NCBI GenBank assembly: GCA_947307295.1
Contig: CAMZIQ010000001.1
Coordinates: forward strand, 104,968 to 168,967
Direction: 5' to 3'
DNA from: an uncultured Pseudomonadota bacterium
Lineage (GTDB): Bacteria; Pseudomonadota; Alphaproteobacteria; Rs-D84
DNA length: 64,000 nucleotides
A model generated the notes under the pieces. It saw nothing but the letters and a program-made list of their open reading frames with translations. It did no database searches and was not told the origin of the DNA. Made by a program: the position numbers and the translations under genes. Below, in pieces: positions 18,882-29,111 of this stretch. Numbering within the stretch: position 1 is the stretch's first letter; every line of letters starts with the position of its first letter.

Positions 18882-21557
18882 TTATCTGGTCTGACTAGAA
18901 CTTACTGTGTTTGTAGTTCCATCACTAAAACTTACTTTTCTGTTTGTAGTCACCGGATTATCCCATTGTTTACAAGCTCTTTTATCTGGATCACCAGCGC
19001 GACGAGTTTTTAAACAATTAGTTATAGTTCTGGTGACAATACAAGCATTCTGTGTTGCTTCGTATCTAGACACTACAACTGCCTTGTAATTCCAATCCTC
19101 AATATTTTTATTCATCGCTTCGCAATATTCTTTCTTAGATTGGTCATTTTGTTTCGTCATTTTTGACAACGTAGTTATATCTTTATCACGTTGCGCTTCA
19201 AATTCTGACAGCTTTGTATTGTAATTAGTAATCGCTGTGTTATAAACATCATTCACAACTATTTCATGAACAAAGTTTGTTAACTTTGGAAATGTGGCAT
19301 TATTTTGTTGTGTAGATTTATTAAAGTTTGCACTATTAAATCCTTTTACTTCGCGACCTGTCATACAATATTGAACTTTTGGTTCGTTTTCAATAGAATG
19401 TATTATTCTGTCAGCAGAATCATTCAAAGAATTAACAATGTTTTTAACATTGTCATCCGCATTATTACTATATTCAAAATACCTACCACTTGAACTACTA
19501 CTCTTAGTCAAAGGATCATTAATTGTGATATATGTCCCGAAATTAACCTGTCCGCTTATAACAGGTGTATAATTTTCCTGTATTTCGCTTTCAGATACCA
19601 AAGAAGCACTATCTTTACACTGTTGTAGTTCATCTCTTTTACATACTTGATACTTCAAACTGGTGGCACCAATATTTTTATCCAACAATACGCCAGAACA
19701 AGAATCTGTGCTGCCACAAACTTTTATCATTGCTTCATTCACAGCATTTTGACACGCAGTCAGCATAGCATTATTTATCTGCAAAGCCACACCTTGGGCA
19801 ACCTGGGCAACATATGTTGTCACTGTGGTCTCTGATTTATCTTCACTCATACATGCAGTTAACTTTTCATATGGACACAATTCCGCGATATCATTTGTAT
19901 CTAAACCGATACATTCCGAATAATCTTGACCGCAAACACCTTGGATACAAGATTTTACTTCCGCTGTACAAGCATCTACCTTCATAGCTGCCAAAGTAGC
20001 CACTAACCCACTCCACAAACTAGATTTTTCTGGCTGTTCATATGTTCCGCCTGTGGCTTCTAAACACGGCTCTAATTGCACTTTACAAAAAGATTTATAA
20101 ACCAGCGGATTCGACAAACAGATATCGTAATCTGCATCATTATCACCGAATTGTGACTTACATGCCTTTTTAAAACATTCTGCTGCTGCTGGGATACAGT
20201 TAGACCGTAAATTTTGTTCAGCAATTTCTTCCGCACTTTTCAAAGCCGGCGCAGAATTATGCAAGAACGCTTTCCAAACTGCATCATTTTTGTTTGCATT
20301 CACACATTGTTTCGTCACGCTTTCACAAATTGTCTTTTTAGATAACAATTGTTCCATCGTGCTTGCCGCCAAAGTAATGTTCGCACCAGCAACTGCACCT
20401 TTGATAGTTGTTTGTTTTGCTTTTTTACCATTGCTATTACCTTTGACATTTTCTTTGGCAGCCAAAGTCACACAACCAGTAAAATCATCGCCACATTCCG
20501 CAGTAGTTTTCATACACTGTGTAAATGCAATAACACATTCACCAGTTGTTGCATATTTATTCTGATTTTGAAATTCTTCCAAAGCAGCATCACGCAAAGC
20601 CTTTTGCGCAGTCATCAACTTTTGTTGACTTTGATTTTTTTGCGCTTTTAAACTGTTTTCATAAGCAACACAATCTGATTTAATCTTTTGTGCATAAACC
20701 AATTGCAACATTGAACCATATTCTTTACATTTATTTGATATCTGATCTGCACACAGTTTTGCACTAGCCTTATACAAAGCATTACCCTTTTTATCAGCAA
20801 AACTATTAACATCAGAATCAGAACTTGCGAACAAATCATCTGCATCATTGAATATATTGTTATCCCACGCTGACAAATCTAATGTTCTGGCTTTCTTTTT
20901 GTTTTTTTCACTATTTTCCGCATTTACTGTTTCATCAGCAACACTTTTTGCACGTGCCATTACCGCTTCTGCACCTTCGCCCATTTGAATACGTTCTACG
21001 CCTTTGGTAGCCATAAGATAACTTTGTTCATCCAATTTTAAGATATCTTCCAAAACACTATCCAATTCCACGATTTTATCATTACATTGACAACGTCCAC
21101 CGTTTGCATTATCCAGCATACAAAACGCATCCATACAGCCATAAAAAGCATCCTGACATTCTTGTGGCACAGTAGTATTTTCAGTCGCTGTTGCGACCTT
21201 GGTTCCTGTTTGAATAACTTTCTGTGTAGCACCAGCACGCGCAGCCATCACTTGATTTCCACCAGCACCCTTAACCTGTGTCTGTTTTTTACCAGCACGT
21301 GCAGCAACATTGCCCGATACAGTCGCCGCCGGTTGAGAAACATTTGCATTTTGCTTTACACCAGTATTTGCAACTTTCTGTCTTGCACCAGCACGCGCAG
21401 AAACAACACCCGATGTCGCCTGAGTCGCGGTCGATGTTGTCTGGGTCGCACCAGTATTGTTACTGGTTCCGCGTTCGCCACGTACATTAGCGGCAAAAGC
21501 CCCAAAATCTGCCATACACAAAGATAAAGCAACAGCTAAAAACATACGTATACGCAT
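18882..21557 (-). CDS. Large secreted cysteine-rich protein (891 aa), paralogous family member
   Basis: Signal peptide MRIRMFLAVALSLCMADFGAFA. T/A/Q-rich linker. ECQDAFYGCMDAFCMLDNANGGRCQCNDK motif identical in pattern to the paralogs. Confidence 0.7.
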   Translation of the reverse strand: MRIRMFLAVALSLCMADFGAFAANVRGERGTSNNTGATQTTSTATQATSGVVSARAGARQKVANTGVKQNANVSQPAATVSGNVAARAGKKQTQVKGAGGNQVMAARAGATQKVIQTGTKVATATENTTVPQECQDAFYGCMDAFCMLDNANGGRCQCNDKIVELDSVLEDILKLDEQSYLMATKGVERIQMGEGAEAVMARAKSVADETVNAENSEKNKKKARTLDLSAWDNNIFNDADDLFASSDSDVNSFADKKGNALYKASAKLCADQISNKCKEYGSMLQLVYAQKIKSDCVAYENSLKAQKNQSQQKLMTAQKALRDAALEEFQNQNKYATTGECVIAFTQCMKTTAECGDDFTGCVTLAAKENVKGNSNGKKAKQTTIKGAVAGANITLAASTMEQLLSKKTICESVTKQCVNANKNDAVWKAFLHNSAPALKSAEEIAEQNLRSNCIPAAAECFKKACKSQFGDNDADYDICLSNPLVYKSFCKVQLEPCLEATGGTYEQPEKSSLWSGLVATLAAMKVDACTAEVKSCIQGVCGQDYSECIGLDTNDIAELCPYEKLTACMSEDKSETTVTTYVAQVAQGVALQINNAMLTACQNAVNEAMIKVCGSTDSCSGVLLDKNIGATSLKYQVCKRDELQQCKDSASLVSESEIQENYTPVISGQVNFGTYITINDPLTKSSSSSGRYFEYSNNADDNVKNIVNSLNDSADRIIHSIENEPKVQYCMTGREVKGFNSANFNKSTQQNNATFPKLTNFVHEIVVNDVYNTAITNYNTKLSEFEAQRDKDITTLSKMTKQNDQSKKEYCEAMNKNIEDWNYKAVVVSRYEATQNACIVTRTITNCLKTRRAGDPDKRACKQWDNPVTTNRKVSFSDGTTNTVSSSQTR

Positions 21558-21583
21558 AAAAATCTCCTTAATCCTATGAATTT

Positions 21584-21612
21584 ATTATATCACAAATAAA
21601 GACCGTTCACAA
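21584..21612 (-). promoter_or_regulatory. Candidate promoter for the 18882-21557 gene (-35 TTGTGA, 17-nt spacer, -10 TATAAT; strong RBS AAGGAG upstream of the ATG)
   Basis: On the minus strand, TTGTGAacggtctttatttgtgaTATAAT, followed by AAGGAGattttt ATG. Confidence 0.35.
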
Positions 21613-21682
21613 ATAAATATCTTGAAAAATCTAAATTCTTTTTCCGTTAACATTTTTTCTCCTTTTTGTCATCAAACTAAAA

Positions 21683-21722
21683 ACCGTTCGGCACGCCATC
21701 GCGTCCGAACGGTTAAAAATCC
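21683..21722 (-). terminator. Rho-independent terminator on the minus strand
   Basis: Long imperfect hairpin aaccgttcgg...ccgaacggtt followed by a T-run on the minus strand. Confidence 0.5.
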
Positions 21723-21770
21723 ATGTAAAACAAATCGGAACGATTTGTTTTAGACCCGGCAAAAACTACC

Positions 21771-21792
21771 TGTGTGTGTGTGTGTGTGTGTG
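21771..21792. repeat. (TG)11 dinucleotide microsatellite
   Basis: tgtgtgtgtgtgtgtgtgtgtg read directly in the sequence. Confidence 0.9.
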
Positions 21793-21899
21793 TAGAAAAC
21801 TGCGGGTTTCAGCCGATTCATAGTTTTTCTTCCTTTTTCTTTATGGGAATATTATACCAAATTTTCATACGAAATAAAAGTTATTTATTTTATATTCTT

Positions 21900-22335
21900 A
21901 GTCTTGCTTGTCATTGCAAAGGAGCGAAAGCGACTGCGGCAATCCATCCGCTTTCGCTTACGCTACAGCGAGATTGCGCCAGCAAGCGAAGATGCGTCGC
22001 TGTGTCATTGCGAGAATGGACAATCGACAGTAAGCTTTGCGTCTGTCGTTGTCCGTTCGTGGCAATCCAGGTCTTATTATGTGTTTTGCGTTCCGCAAAA
22101 CTACTTTTTTTATTCACCTGGATGCTCACGCTCGTTAACACTCGCTCAGCATGACATAGTGTGTGTTTGATTTACCCGAAGTCGCGCCGTAGCCTTGGCA
22201 AAGGCGGATGGATGCTCACGCTCGTTAACACTCGCTCAGCATGACATGGTCCTTTGGGTCCCATCCCCCAAGGGGGAGAATTTAAAGTTCCCCTCCGATG
22301 GAGGGGTGGCACGAAGTGACGGGGTGGTCTTTATT
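21900..22335. ncRNA. GC-rich, highly palindromic intergenic block. Candidate structured RNA or repeat element; strand and identity unknown
   Basis: GC content is clearly above the flanks. Perfect inverted repeats (agcgaaagcg/cgctttcgct; cccccaaggggg; cccctccgatggagggg). A 39-bp direct repeat ggatgctcacgctcgttaacactcgctcagcatgacat occurs twice, 89 bp apart. No ORF with a plausible product. Confidence 0.2.
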
Positions 22336-22387
22336 TTCAAGATTTTGCGTTTTGTAAAATTTGTTCCGCTATCATCATACAAAGGGG

Positions 22388-22421
22388 TTTAAAAAACCAC
22401 CCGTTTGGGTGGTTTAATTTT
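22388..22421. terminator. Bidirectional rho-independent terminator immediately downstream of rplQ
   Basis: aaccacccgtttgggtggtt hairpin flanked by A- and T-runs. Confidence 0.6.
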
Positions 22422-22437
22422 TTATACAAATGAAAAA

Positions 22438-23004
22438 TTATTTTCCAGTTGCACGACGTTTAACAGCAACCGCTTTTTTTGCACCTGTTGCTTTTGGCGC
22501 AGCAGCTTTCTTTTCAGCAGCAACTTTCGTTGTTTTTGTAGTCTTTTCTGCCTTTGGAGCTTTTACTGCTTTTTCTTCTTTTGCCACAGGTTCTGTTGTT
22601 TCAGCAGCAACTGTTTTTGGTGCGACTTTCTTTGCATTTTCATCTCTGTCAACCAATTCGATAATCGCCATTGGTGCAGCGTCACCATAACGGAATCCAG
22701 CCTTTAACACGCGTGTATAACCGCCAGGACGTTTTGCATAACGTGGTCCCAAAACTGCGAACAATTTTTTAACTGTTTTATCAGAATTGTTTCCCAATTC
22801 AGATGCAGTCAAACGACGATTTGCAACTGTATCAACTTTTGCGCGAGTAATCAATTTTTCGACTACACTGCGTAAATCTTTTGCTTTTGGCAAAGTTGTT
22901 TTAATTTGTTCTTTTTCAATCAAATTTTTCGCCAAACCAGTAAACAAGGCTTTTCTGGCATTTGTGTCGCGATTGAATGTACGACCTGCTAATCTATGTC
23001 TCAT
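22438..23004 (-). CDS. rplQ: 50S ribosomal protein L17 with a Lys/Ala-rich C-terminal extension
   Basis: L17 core [21 protein letters not shown]...[10 protein letters not shown], then about 60 aa of an AKKAAAPK-type tail. Confidence 0.9.
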   Translation of the reverse strand: MRHRLAGRTFNRDTNARKALFTGLAKNLIEKEQIKTTLPKAKDLRSVVEKLITRAKVDTVANRRLTASELGNNSDKTVKKLFAVLGPRYAKRPGGYTRVLKAGFRYGDAAPMAIIELVDRDENAKKVAPKTVAAETTEPVAKEEKAVKAPKAEKTTKTTKVAAEKKAAAPKATGAKKAVAVKRRATGK

Positions 23005-23221
23005 TGATTACTCCTTTTGTTTTCTGCCCCGATTCGTTTCGGGGATTTTTGAGACTCGGTGTCCTGAAAATAATTTTTCTCCAGCAACACGATTTTTTGA
23101 CAATCTCCTAGCGGTGCAAGAAAATTGTCAGAACATGCCAATTGGAAGTGTTTGGTGGTTTGCGGTGTAGTAAACCTACATAAGAACCGCCAAACACAAC
23201 TAATGGCGTGTTATCACAATT

Positions 23222-24250
23222 TTATTTGTATGGGTCTTCGTATTTCTTGGCCAATTCCGCAATATTTTCTGGTGGCCAACCTGGTACTTCCATACCCAAA
23301 GACAATCCCATAGCTTCTAATTGAGCCTTGATTTCATTCAAAGACTTACGACCAAAGTTAGGTGTTTTTAACATATCGTTTTCAGTCTTTTGAACCAATT
23401 CGCCCAACCAATTAATTTTATCATTTTTCAAACAATTTGTTGCACGAACAGACAATTCCAATTCATCAACATGCTTTAACAATTTTGGATCGAATGGCAA
23501 AACATCTTTTGCTTTTTCTTCTTCGCTTGTTGCGCTTATTTGAGTTGGATCTTCAAAATTGATAAACACAGTCAATTGATCTGTCAAAATACGTGCAGCA
23601 AAAGCAATCGCATCTTCTGGTGTGACTGAACCATTTGTTTTAACAGTCAATTCCAATTTATCATAATCTGTGCTTTGACCAACACGAGTTTGTGAAACAT
23701 TTGATGCCACATTCAAAATAGGAGAATAAATTGAATCAACTGGGATTGTTCCCAAAGGCAAATCTGCTGCGTTAACAGTAGCTGGAACATAACCACGACC
23801 AGAAGCCAATGTAATTTCCATATCCAAAGATGCACCGTTATCCAAAGTGCAAATTTCTGCATCTTTGTTCATAACTTCAACACTACCACTTGTTTCAATC
23901 ATACCAGCAGTCACAACTGCAGGACCTTTGACCTTTAACGTTGCTTTGTGTTGACCTTCGGTTAAAGCTTTGAAATAAACACCTTTTAAATTCAAGATGA
24001 TATCTGTGACGTCTTCACGAACCCCAGCCAAACTGCTAAATTCATGTTGAACACCATCAATTTTTACATAAATAGGCGCACAACCTTGTAAAGAAGACAA
24101 CAGAACACGACGCAATGCCGTTCCCAAAGTTAAACCAAAACCCTTTTCCAAAGGTTCAGCGATTAAAGTTGCAATATTAGGATTATTTTCATCGACTTTG
24201 ATATTCAACTTTTTAGGCTTAATCAAAGTCATCCAGTTTTTTTCAATCAT
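23222..24250 (-). CDS. rpoA: DNA-directed RNA polymerase subunit alpha
   Basis: 342 aa with conserved N-terminal dimerisation domain and alpha-CTD ([13 protein letters not shown]). Confidence 0.95.
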   Translation of the reverse strand: MIEKNWMTLIKPKKLNIKVDENNPNIATLIAEPLEKGFGLTLGTALRRVLLSSLQGCAPIYVKIDGVQHEFSSLAGVREDVTDIILNLKGVYFKALTEGQHKATLKVKGPAVVTAGMIETSGSVEVMNKDAEICTLDNGASLDMEITLASGRGYVPATVNAADLPLGTIPVDSIYSPILNVASNVSQTRVGQSTDYDKLELTVKTNGSVTPEDAIAFAARILTDQLTVFINFEDPTQISATSEEEKAKDVLPFDPKLLKHVDELELSVRATNCLKNDKINWLGELVQKTENDMLKTPNFGRKSLNEIKAQLEAMGLSLGMEVPGWPPENIAELAKKYEDPYK

Positions 24251-24363
24251 TTTTATACTCCATCAGGCTTAGTTTATTATTTTCACCAGATTACGCGCTT
24301 TGCCCGCGCGCCCGCAGATTTTATAACAAAAAATTTTGAAAGTCAATGATTTTTAATGCAAAA

Positions 24364-25479
24364 CTACTCTGAACGTGAACGCGAAACTACTCTGCTATTT
24401 ATGCGCCCCTGATTCAAACATGCTGGAAATTCACTAGGATTTCCTTCGCCAATTACAAACTTTATTTTGCCTTTTATACACACAGATGCTTGGGGATTAT
24501 ACGCAGTTCCAGGACCTTCTGTTGTATATCCAGGCGCACACCCGCTACATGTTTCTTGACCTGCCCTGGAAAAAGTTCCCTGTGGACATATCTCTATACC
24601 ATATATATAAGAACCAAGAAAATCAGCATCACAAGCTTGAACATGATGATCATTACCATACGGACACATATATCCTGCTGTACATTCACGACATGTACTG
24701 CCATCCATACAATGTCCCGGTGGACATGACGTACACGCACTTTGCCCACCCGAAATATTTATAGAATCATCCGGACAATTTTTACACCAATCTGAATTTG
24801 CATCTTCTGGCGCTTCAACATAAACATAACTCATTGGTGAAACAGATACGCTGTTTCCTTCTTCCTGCACCCAGGTACTAGTATTACCATCATAATGCCA
24901 TTTAACAGAAATTTCGCCATTACATTTTGTTGTTCCTTGCTGGTTTAATTCGATTCCACATTGGGAAATTCCGGTATAATCAGCAAAACGATAAGGTCGA
25001 TACAATTCTGCATCATAACCCTCTGTCGGACAAGCCTTACATTCAGCTCCATCCAAATATTGTCCGGCGACCGTACATGGCACACATGCTGTTCGTTCTT
25101 CGTTGGAATATGTACCCTGAGGACAAGCATCACACTCTGTGGCACCGGAATTTTCAGCATAATAGCCAGTCTCACAAGGCAAACATTCCGATGCGCCTGA
25201 ATTTGATGAAAAAGTACCAGCTGAGCAAGATTGCCTTTCACCATTGGAACAAAAATATCCTGGCTCACAATCAACACATGTCTCGTCCGATGATGACCAA
25301 TACTGTCCCTGGGGACATTGATTTTCAGGGGTATTATATACACCACCATACAAAAATTCATCAAACTGATCTGCTGGAATTTCATAATCAGATGTTCCGC
25401 CCAAATCACAATACGCAACACGACTGAACATCATGCAAATCAAACCCACGCAAAAAAACAATGATTTTTTTAATATCAT
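24364..25479 (-). CDS. Secreted cysteine-rich repeat protein (CXXC/GxY repeats, furin-like or VSP-like) inserted between rpsK and rpoA. The track uses a TTG start at 25488; an ATG at 25479 gives MILKKSLFFCVGLICMMFS
   Basis: Signal peptide, then repeated units such as CVDCEPGYFCSNGERQSC, CLPCETGYYAENSGATEC and CDACPQGTYSNEERTAC. Confidence 0.6.
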   Translation of the reverse strand: MILKKSLFFCVGLICMMFSRVAYCDLGGTSDYEIPADQFDEFLYGGVYNTPENQCPQGQYWSSSDETCVDCEPGYFCSNGERQSCSAGTFSSNSGASECLPCETGYYAENSGATECDACPQGTYSNEERTACVPCTVAGQYLDGAECKACPTEGYDAELYRPYRFADYTGISQCGIELNQQGTTKCNGEISVKWHYDGNTSTWVQEEGNSVSVSPMSYVYVEAPEDANSDWCKNCPDDSINISGGQSACTSCPPGHCMDGSTCRECTAGYMCPYGNDHHVQACDADFLGSYIYGIEICPQGTFSRAGQETCSGCAPGYTTEGPGTAYNPQASVCIKGKIKFVIGEGNPSEFPACLNQGRINSRVVSRSRSE

Positions 25480-25552
25480 TTCTTTCAAACTGCCTTTCAG
25501 ACTTTATTTTATCAATTTTAAGGTTTATTAGCAATTTAAAAATTATTTCAAT

Positions 25553-25590
25553 CACAAAAAAACACCACCAAAACTGGTGGCGTTTTAATA
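25553..25590 (-). terminator. Rho-independent terminator on the minus strand directly after rpsK
   Basis: ccacca-aaac-tggtgg hairpin followed by T7 on the minus strand. Confidence 0.5.
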
Positions 25591-25604
25591 TATCATGCAA
25601 ATTA

Positions 25605-25988
25605 TTACACACGACGTACTTTCTTTGGACGGCACCCGTTGTGTGGAATACGTGTCGTGTCTGTAATAGATTGAACTACCAATCCTGCATTTGCCAAACC
25701 ACGAACAGCAGATTCACGACCCTGACCAATACCGCGCATCAAAACATCAACTGTCTGCATACCCATTTCAGCAACTTTTTTGCCAACTGCATCAGCTACT
25801 ACGGTTGCAGCATATGGTGTTGATTTTTTTGCACCTTTGAAATTATTAGCCCCTGCGGTTGCCCATGTCAAAACTGCACCGCTTTGGTCTGTGATTGTTA
25901 TACGTGTATTATTATTAGTTGCAACCACATGAGCAATACCATGTGATACTTTTTTAACAACTTTCTTTTTTGATTTAGTTACTGCCAT
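25605..25988 (-). CDS. rpsK: 30S ribosomal protein S11
   Basis: Conserved S11 sequence (HVVATNNNTRITITD...GMQTVDVLMRGIGQGRESAVRGL). Confidence 0.95.
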   Translation of the reverse strand: MAVTKSKKKVVKKVSHGIAHVVATNNNTRITITDQSGAVLTWATAGANNFKGAKKSTPYAATVVADAVGKKVAEMGMQTVDVLMRGIGQGRESAVRGLANAGLVVQSITDTTRIPHNGCRPKKVRRV

Positions 25989-26052
25989 TTGTGTTTATCC
26001 TTTGATTAGATGTCTTCAATTAACTATCGTGTTAATCTCTACCCAATTAATT

Positions 26053-26430
26053 TTATTTACCCTTAGTCGCAGATCCAGCAACAACAACGCGCTTACCCTT
26101 ACGAGTTCTAGCGTTTGTTTGAGTGCGTTGACCACGAACTGGTAAACGGTTACGATGACGAACACCGCGATATGTTTTTAAATCTTGCAAACGTTTAATA
26201 TTCATTGCAACTTCGCGACGAACATCACCTTCTACTTTGAAGTTTTGTTCAATATAATTTGAAATTCTGATAACATCTTCGTCAGTCAAATCTTTTGCAC
26301 GCAGACCGTCTTTCAATTTCAATGCAGAACAAATCTGTGCAGATTTAGCTGGTCCAATACCGTGAATATAACGCAAAGCGATTTCAATGCGTTTTTCTGA
26401 CGGGATGTTAACACCTGCTATACGTGCCAT
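26053..26430 (-). CDS. rpsM: 30S ribosomal protein S13
   Basis: [26 protein letters not shown]. Confidence 0.95.
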   Translation of the reverse strand: MARIAGVNIPSEKRIEIALRYIHGIGPAKSAQICSALKLKDGLRAKDLTDEDVIRISNYIEQNFKVEGDVRREVAMNIKRLQDLKTYRGVRHRNRLPVRGQRTQTNARTRKGKRVVVAGSATKGK

Positions 26431-26613
26431 CTTTTATTTTCCTTTTTTTCTTGTCCCACGAAGCCTTGGCGAAGTGGGATGATTTTATTTATTCGGATGT
26501 TTCCATCCACCCTGCATCCAAAATCCACACGTTTTTTGAATGCGTATCGATTTTTGCCGAAAAACATTTTATTATGCAAGACAACAAAAATCAAATTTTT
26601 ATTTTGTTTTCGC

Positions 26614-27933
26614 TTAACCGCGGAAACGACTACCTTTTTTGGCGTTCTTGTTCACAACACCGGTATATTGCTTTTCCACCAAATAAGACCTTATTTGATT
26701 CATAGTATCAAGCACCACACCAGCAACGATTAAGACGCTTGTTCCACCAATCATCAATGGCATACCACCACGAGTATTCAAAATGATTGGCAATACACAA
26801 ACTACAATCAAATATACCACACCAATCGCAGTCGTTCTGGATACAACACCATCCAGATAATGCATGGTTTGTTCACCAGGACGAACACCCGGGATATATC
26901 CACCCATGTTCTTTAAATTATTGCTTGTTTCTTCGCTGTTAAATACAACCGCCGTTTGAAAATAAGCAAAGAATGCGATTAAGAAAGTATACAATATCAT
27001 ATAAGACCATGTGCCATATGTGAAAAAGCCCAAAATATTTTGTACTGTCAAATTGTCACTTTGCACAAAACGTTGTATAAACGCTGGCAACATCATAATA
27101 GATGCAGCAAACACAGGTCCCATAACCCCAGACATATTAACCTTTATCGGCAAATAAGAAACATTGGTATTCATAACGCCATTTGCCAAAGCCTGACGAG
27201 GATAAAGTATTTGGATACGACGTTGAGCCTGTTCCATAAAAGCTATCAAGGCAATTATACCGATTACAAAACCCAAAACCATCGCAATCATCGCAGGTGA
27301 CATTTGACCAACACCTGCCAACGAGAATAATTTAGCAATTCCACCAGGAACCTCCGCAATAATACCTGCGAAAATTAAAAGCGAAGCACCCTGCCCTATA
27401 CCACGAGCAGTAATTTGTTCTGCCAACCACATAACAAACACAGTTCCACCAACCAGCGCAACTATCGCAGATAATTCAAACGAAAATCCAGGATTTGCAA
27501 CCGCTGCGACACCATTGACCGGTGCCATAGATTCCAGACTGCGTACAATCGCCCAACCTTGAACCACAGCCAACAACACCGCCAAATAACGTGTGTATTG
27601 ATTGATTTTGATTCGACCAGATTCACCCTCTTTGCGCAAATCAGTCAAAGATTTGCTGGTAGCTGTCAACAACTGCAACACGATTGATGCCGAGATATAA
27701 GGGAAAATATTTAATGCCAACACCGACATACGTGATAATGATCCACCAGAAAACATATCGAACATTCCCATCATACCATTGTCACCATTAAACAAGTGCA
27801 AAACCGCACTTGCATTAACACCTGGTAATGGGATAAACGAACCGATACGATAAACAATCAACGCGCCCAATGTAAACATTATGCGTTTTTGTAAATCCGT
27901 CAGATTGCCAAAAATATTCTTCAAAAATTTCAT
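26614..27933 (-). CDS. secY: Preprotein translocase subunit SecY
   Basis: 439-aa polytopic membrane protein with SecY blocks (GIMPYISASI, LQLLT). Confidence 0.95.
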   Translation of the reverse strand: MKFLKNIFGNLTDLQKRIMFTLGALIVYRIGSFIPLPGVNASAVLHLFNGDNGMMGMFDMFSGGSLSRMSVLALNIFPYISASIVLQLLTATSKSLTDLRKEGESGRIKINQYTRYLAVLLAVVQGWAIVRSLESMAPVNGVAAVANPGFSFELSAIVALVGGTVFVMWLAEQITARGIGQGASLLIFAGIIAEVPGGIAKLFSLAGVGQMSPAMIAMVLGFVIGIIALIAFMEQAQRRIQILYPRQALANGVMNTNVSYLPIKVNMSGVMGPVFAASIMMLPAFIQRFVQSDNLTVQNILGFFTYGTWSYMILYTFLIAFFAYFQTAVVFNSEETSNNLKNMGGYIPGVRPGEQTMHYLDGVVSRTTAIGVVYLIVVCVLPIILNTRGGMPLMIGGTSVLIVAGVVLDTMNQIRSYLVEKQYTGVVNKNAKKGSRFRG

Positions 27934-27989
27934 GTCTTATCTTTTATGATTAAAACACACCCGCAAAAAAATACGGATGTGTTTATTAA

Positions 27990-28448
27990 TTATTTAGATT
28001 GAATTTTTCCACCAGCTTTAACAATTGCTGCTTCGGCTGATTTAGACCATTTATCAGCAACAATATTAACTGCTGTTTTGATTTCGCCTTTACCCAAAAC
28101 TTTCAAACCATCCAATCTGCGATTCAAAATTTTTGCATTCAACAAAGTGTCAATATTGATTTCTTTTTTCGCATCGATTTTTCCGGATGCGATAAACTTT
28201 TCAATATCACCCAAATTGATTGTTGCATATTCTTTATGGAAAGGATTGTTAAATCCAAATTTTGGAAAACGACGCAAGATTGGCATTTGTCCACCTTGGA
28301 AAGTAGCCTGTTTACGAGAACCAGAACGTGATTTCTGACCCTTATTACCACGACCAGATGTTTTACCATAACCAGATGCCATACCACGACCAACGCGTTT
28401 AACATCTTTTCTTGCACCACGATTATCCATCAAAGCATTTAATTTCAT
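27990..28448 (-). CDS. rplO: 50S ribosomal protein L15
   Basis: Gly/Arg-rich N-terminus GRGMASGYGKTSGRGNKGQKSRSG. Confidence 0.9.
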   Translation of the reverse strand: MKLNALMDNRGARKDVKRVGRGMASGYGKTSGRGNKGQKSRSGSRKQATFQGGQMPILRRFPKFGFNNPFHKEYATINLGDIEKFIASGKIDAKKEINIDTLLNAKILNRRLDGLKVLGKGEIKTAVNIVADKWSKSAEAAIVKAGGKIQSK

Positions 28449-28535
28449 TTCTTTTTTCCTTTTGTCCTATGACTATATTCATATATAGTCTGTTTCGCAT
28501 ATAATACAAGATTATACACTCGGTTTATTTAAATT

Positions 28536-29108
28536 TTATTTTGTTTCTTCTTTTGCAGCTTCTAATTTTTTGCCGTCTCTGTTAGCAATGATTTCCGCAA
28601 CAGTTTTACCACGACGAGCAGCAACTGTTTTTGGAGAATTCATTTTTTCAAAAGCCAAAAATGCAGCACGAATCATATTGTTTGGATTATTAGAACCTTG
28701 TGATTTCACAACAACGTCTTGAACGCCCAAACATTCAAATACTGCACGCAAAGCACCACCAGCAATGATTCCAGTACCTGGAACAGCGCTACGAACCACC
28801 AATTTGCTTGCGCCATATTTCGCAGCACTATCATGGTGCAATGTACGACCTTCTTTCAAAGGAACACGAATCATTCTTGCCTTTGCAGCTTTAGTTGCTT
28901 TTTGGACAGCTGCTTGGACTTCCAAAGCTTTACCTTTACCAAATCCAACCATACCAGATTTATCACCAACCACAACCAACGCAGAAAAAGACATATTACG
29001 TCCGCCTTTTACTGTTTTAGAAACGCGATTGATAGAAACTAACTTATCTACCAAATTATCTGACTGTAATTTTTTATCATCAAAACGTGCCATTGTTTTA
29101 CGCTCCAT
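28536..29108 (-). CDS. rpsE: 30S ribosomal protein S5
   Basis: [31 protein letters not shown]. Confidence 0.95.
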   Translation of the reverse strand: MERKTMARFDDKKLQSDNLVDKLVSINRVSKTVKGGRNMSFSALVVVGDKSGMVGFGKGKALEVQAAVQKATKAAKARMIRVPLKEGRTLHHDSAAKYGASKLVVRSAVPGTGIIAGGALRAVFECLGVQDVVVKSQGSNNPNNMIRAAFLAFEKMNSPKTVAARRGKTVAEIIANRDGKKLEAAKEETK

Positions 29109-29111
29109 CTA

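Noticed and set aside
21900-22335. Identification of the GC-rich block as RNase P RNA, tmRNA, 6S or SRP RNA
   Set aside because: None of the hallmark motifs I know (P4 AGGAAAGTCCGGGC, tmRNA tRNA-like ends or resume codon tag ORF, SRP domain IV GGAA-tetraloop helix) are visible. Retained only as an unclassified candidate.
22405-22707. 100-aa + strand ORF (Cys/Phe-rich) overlapping the rplQ tail region
   Set aside because: Antisense to the Lys/Ala-rich L17 tail, where AAG/GCT repeats read as TTC/AGC on the other strand. Spurious.
24927-25427. 166-aa and 158-aa ORFs on both strands inside the CXXC-repeat gene
   Set aside because: Out-of-frame or antisense shadow ORFs of the Cys-rich gene. His/Asn-rich nonsense composition.
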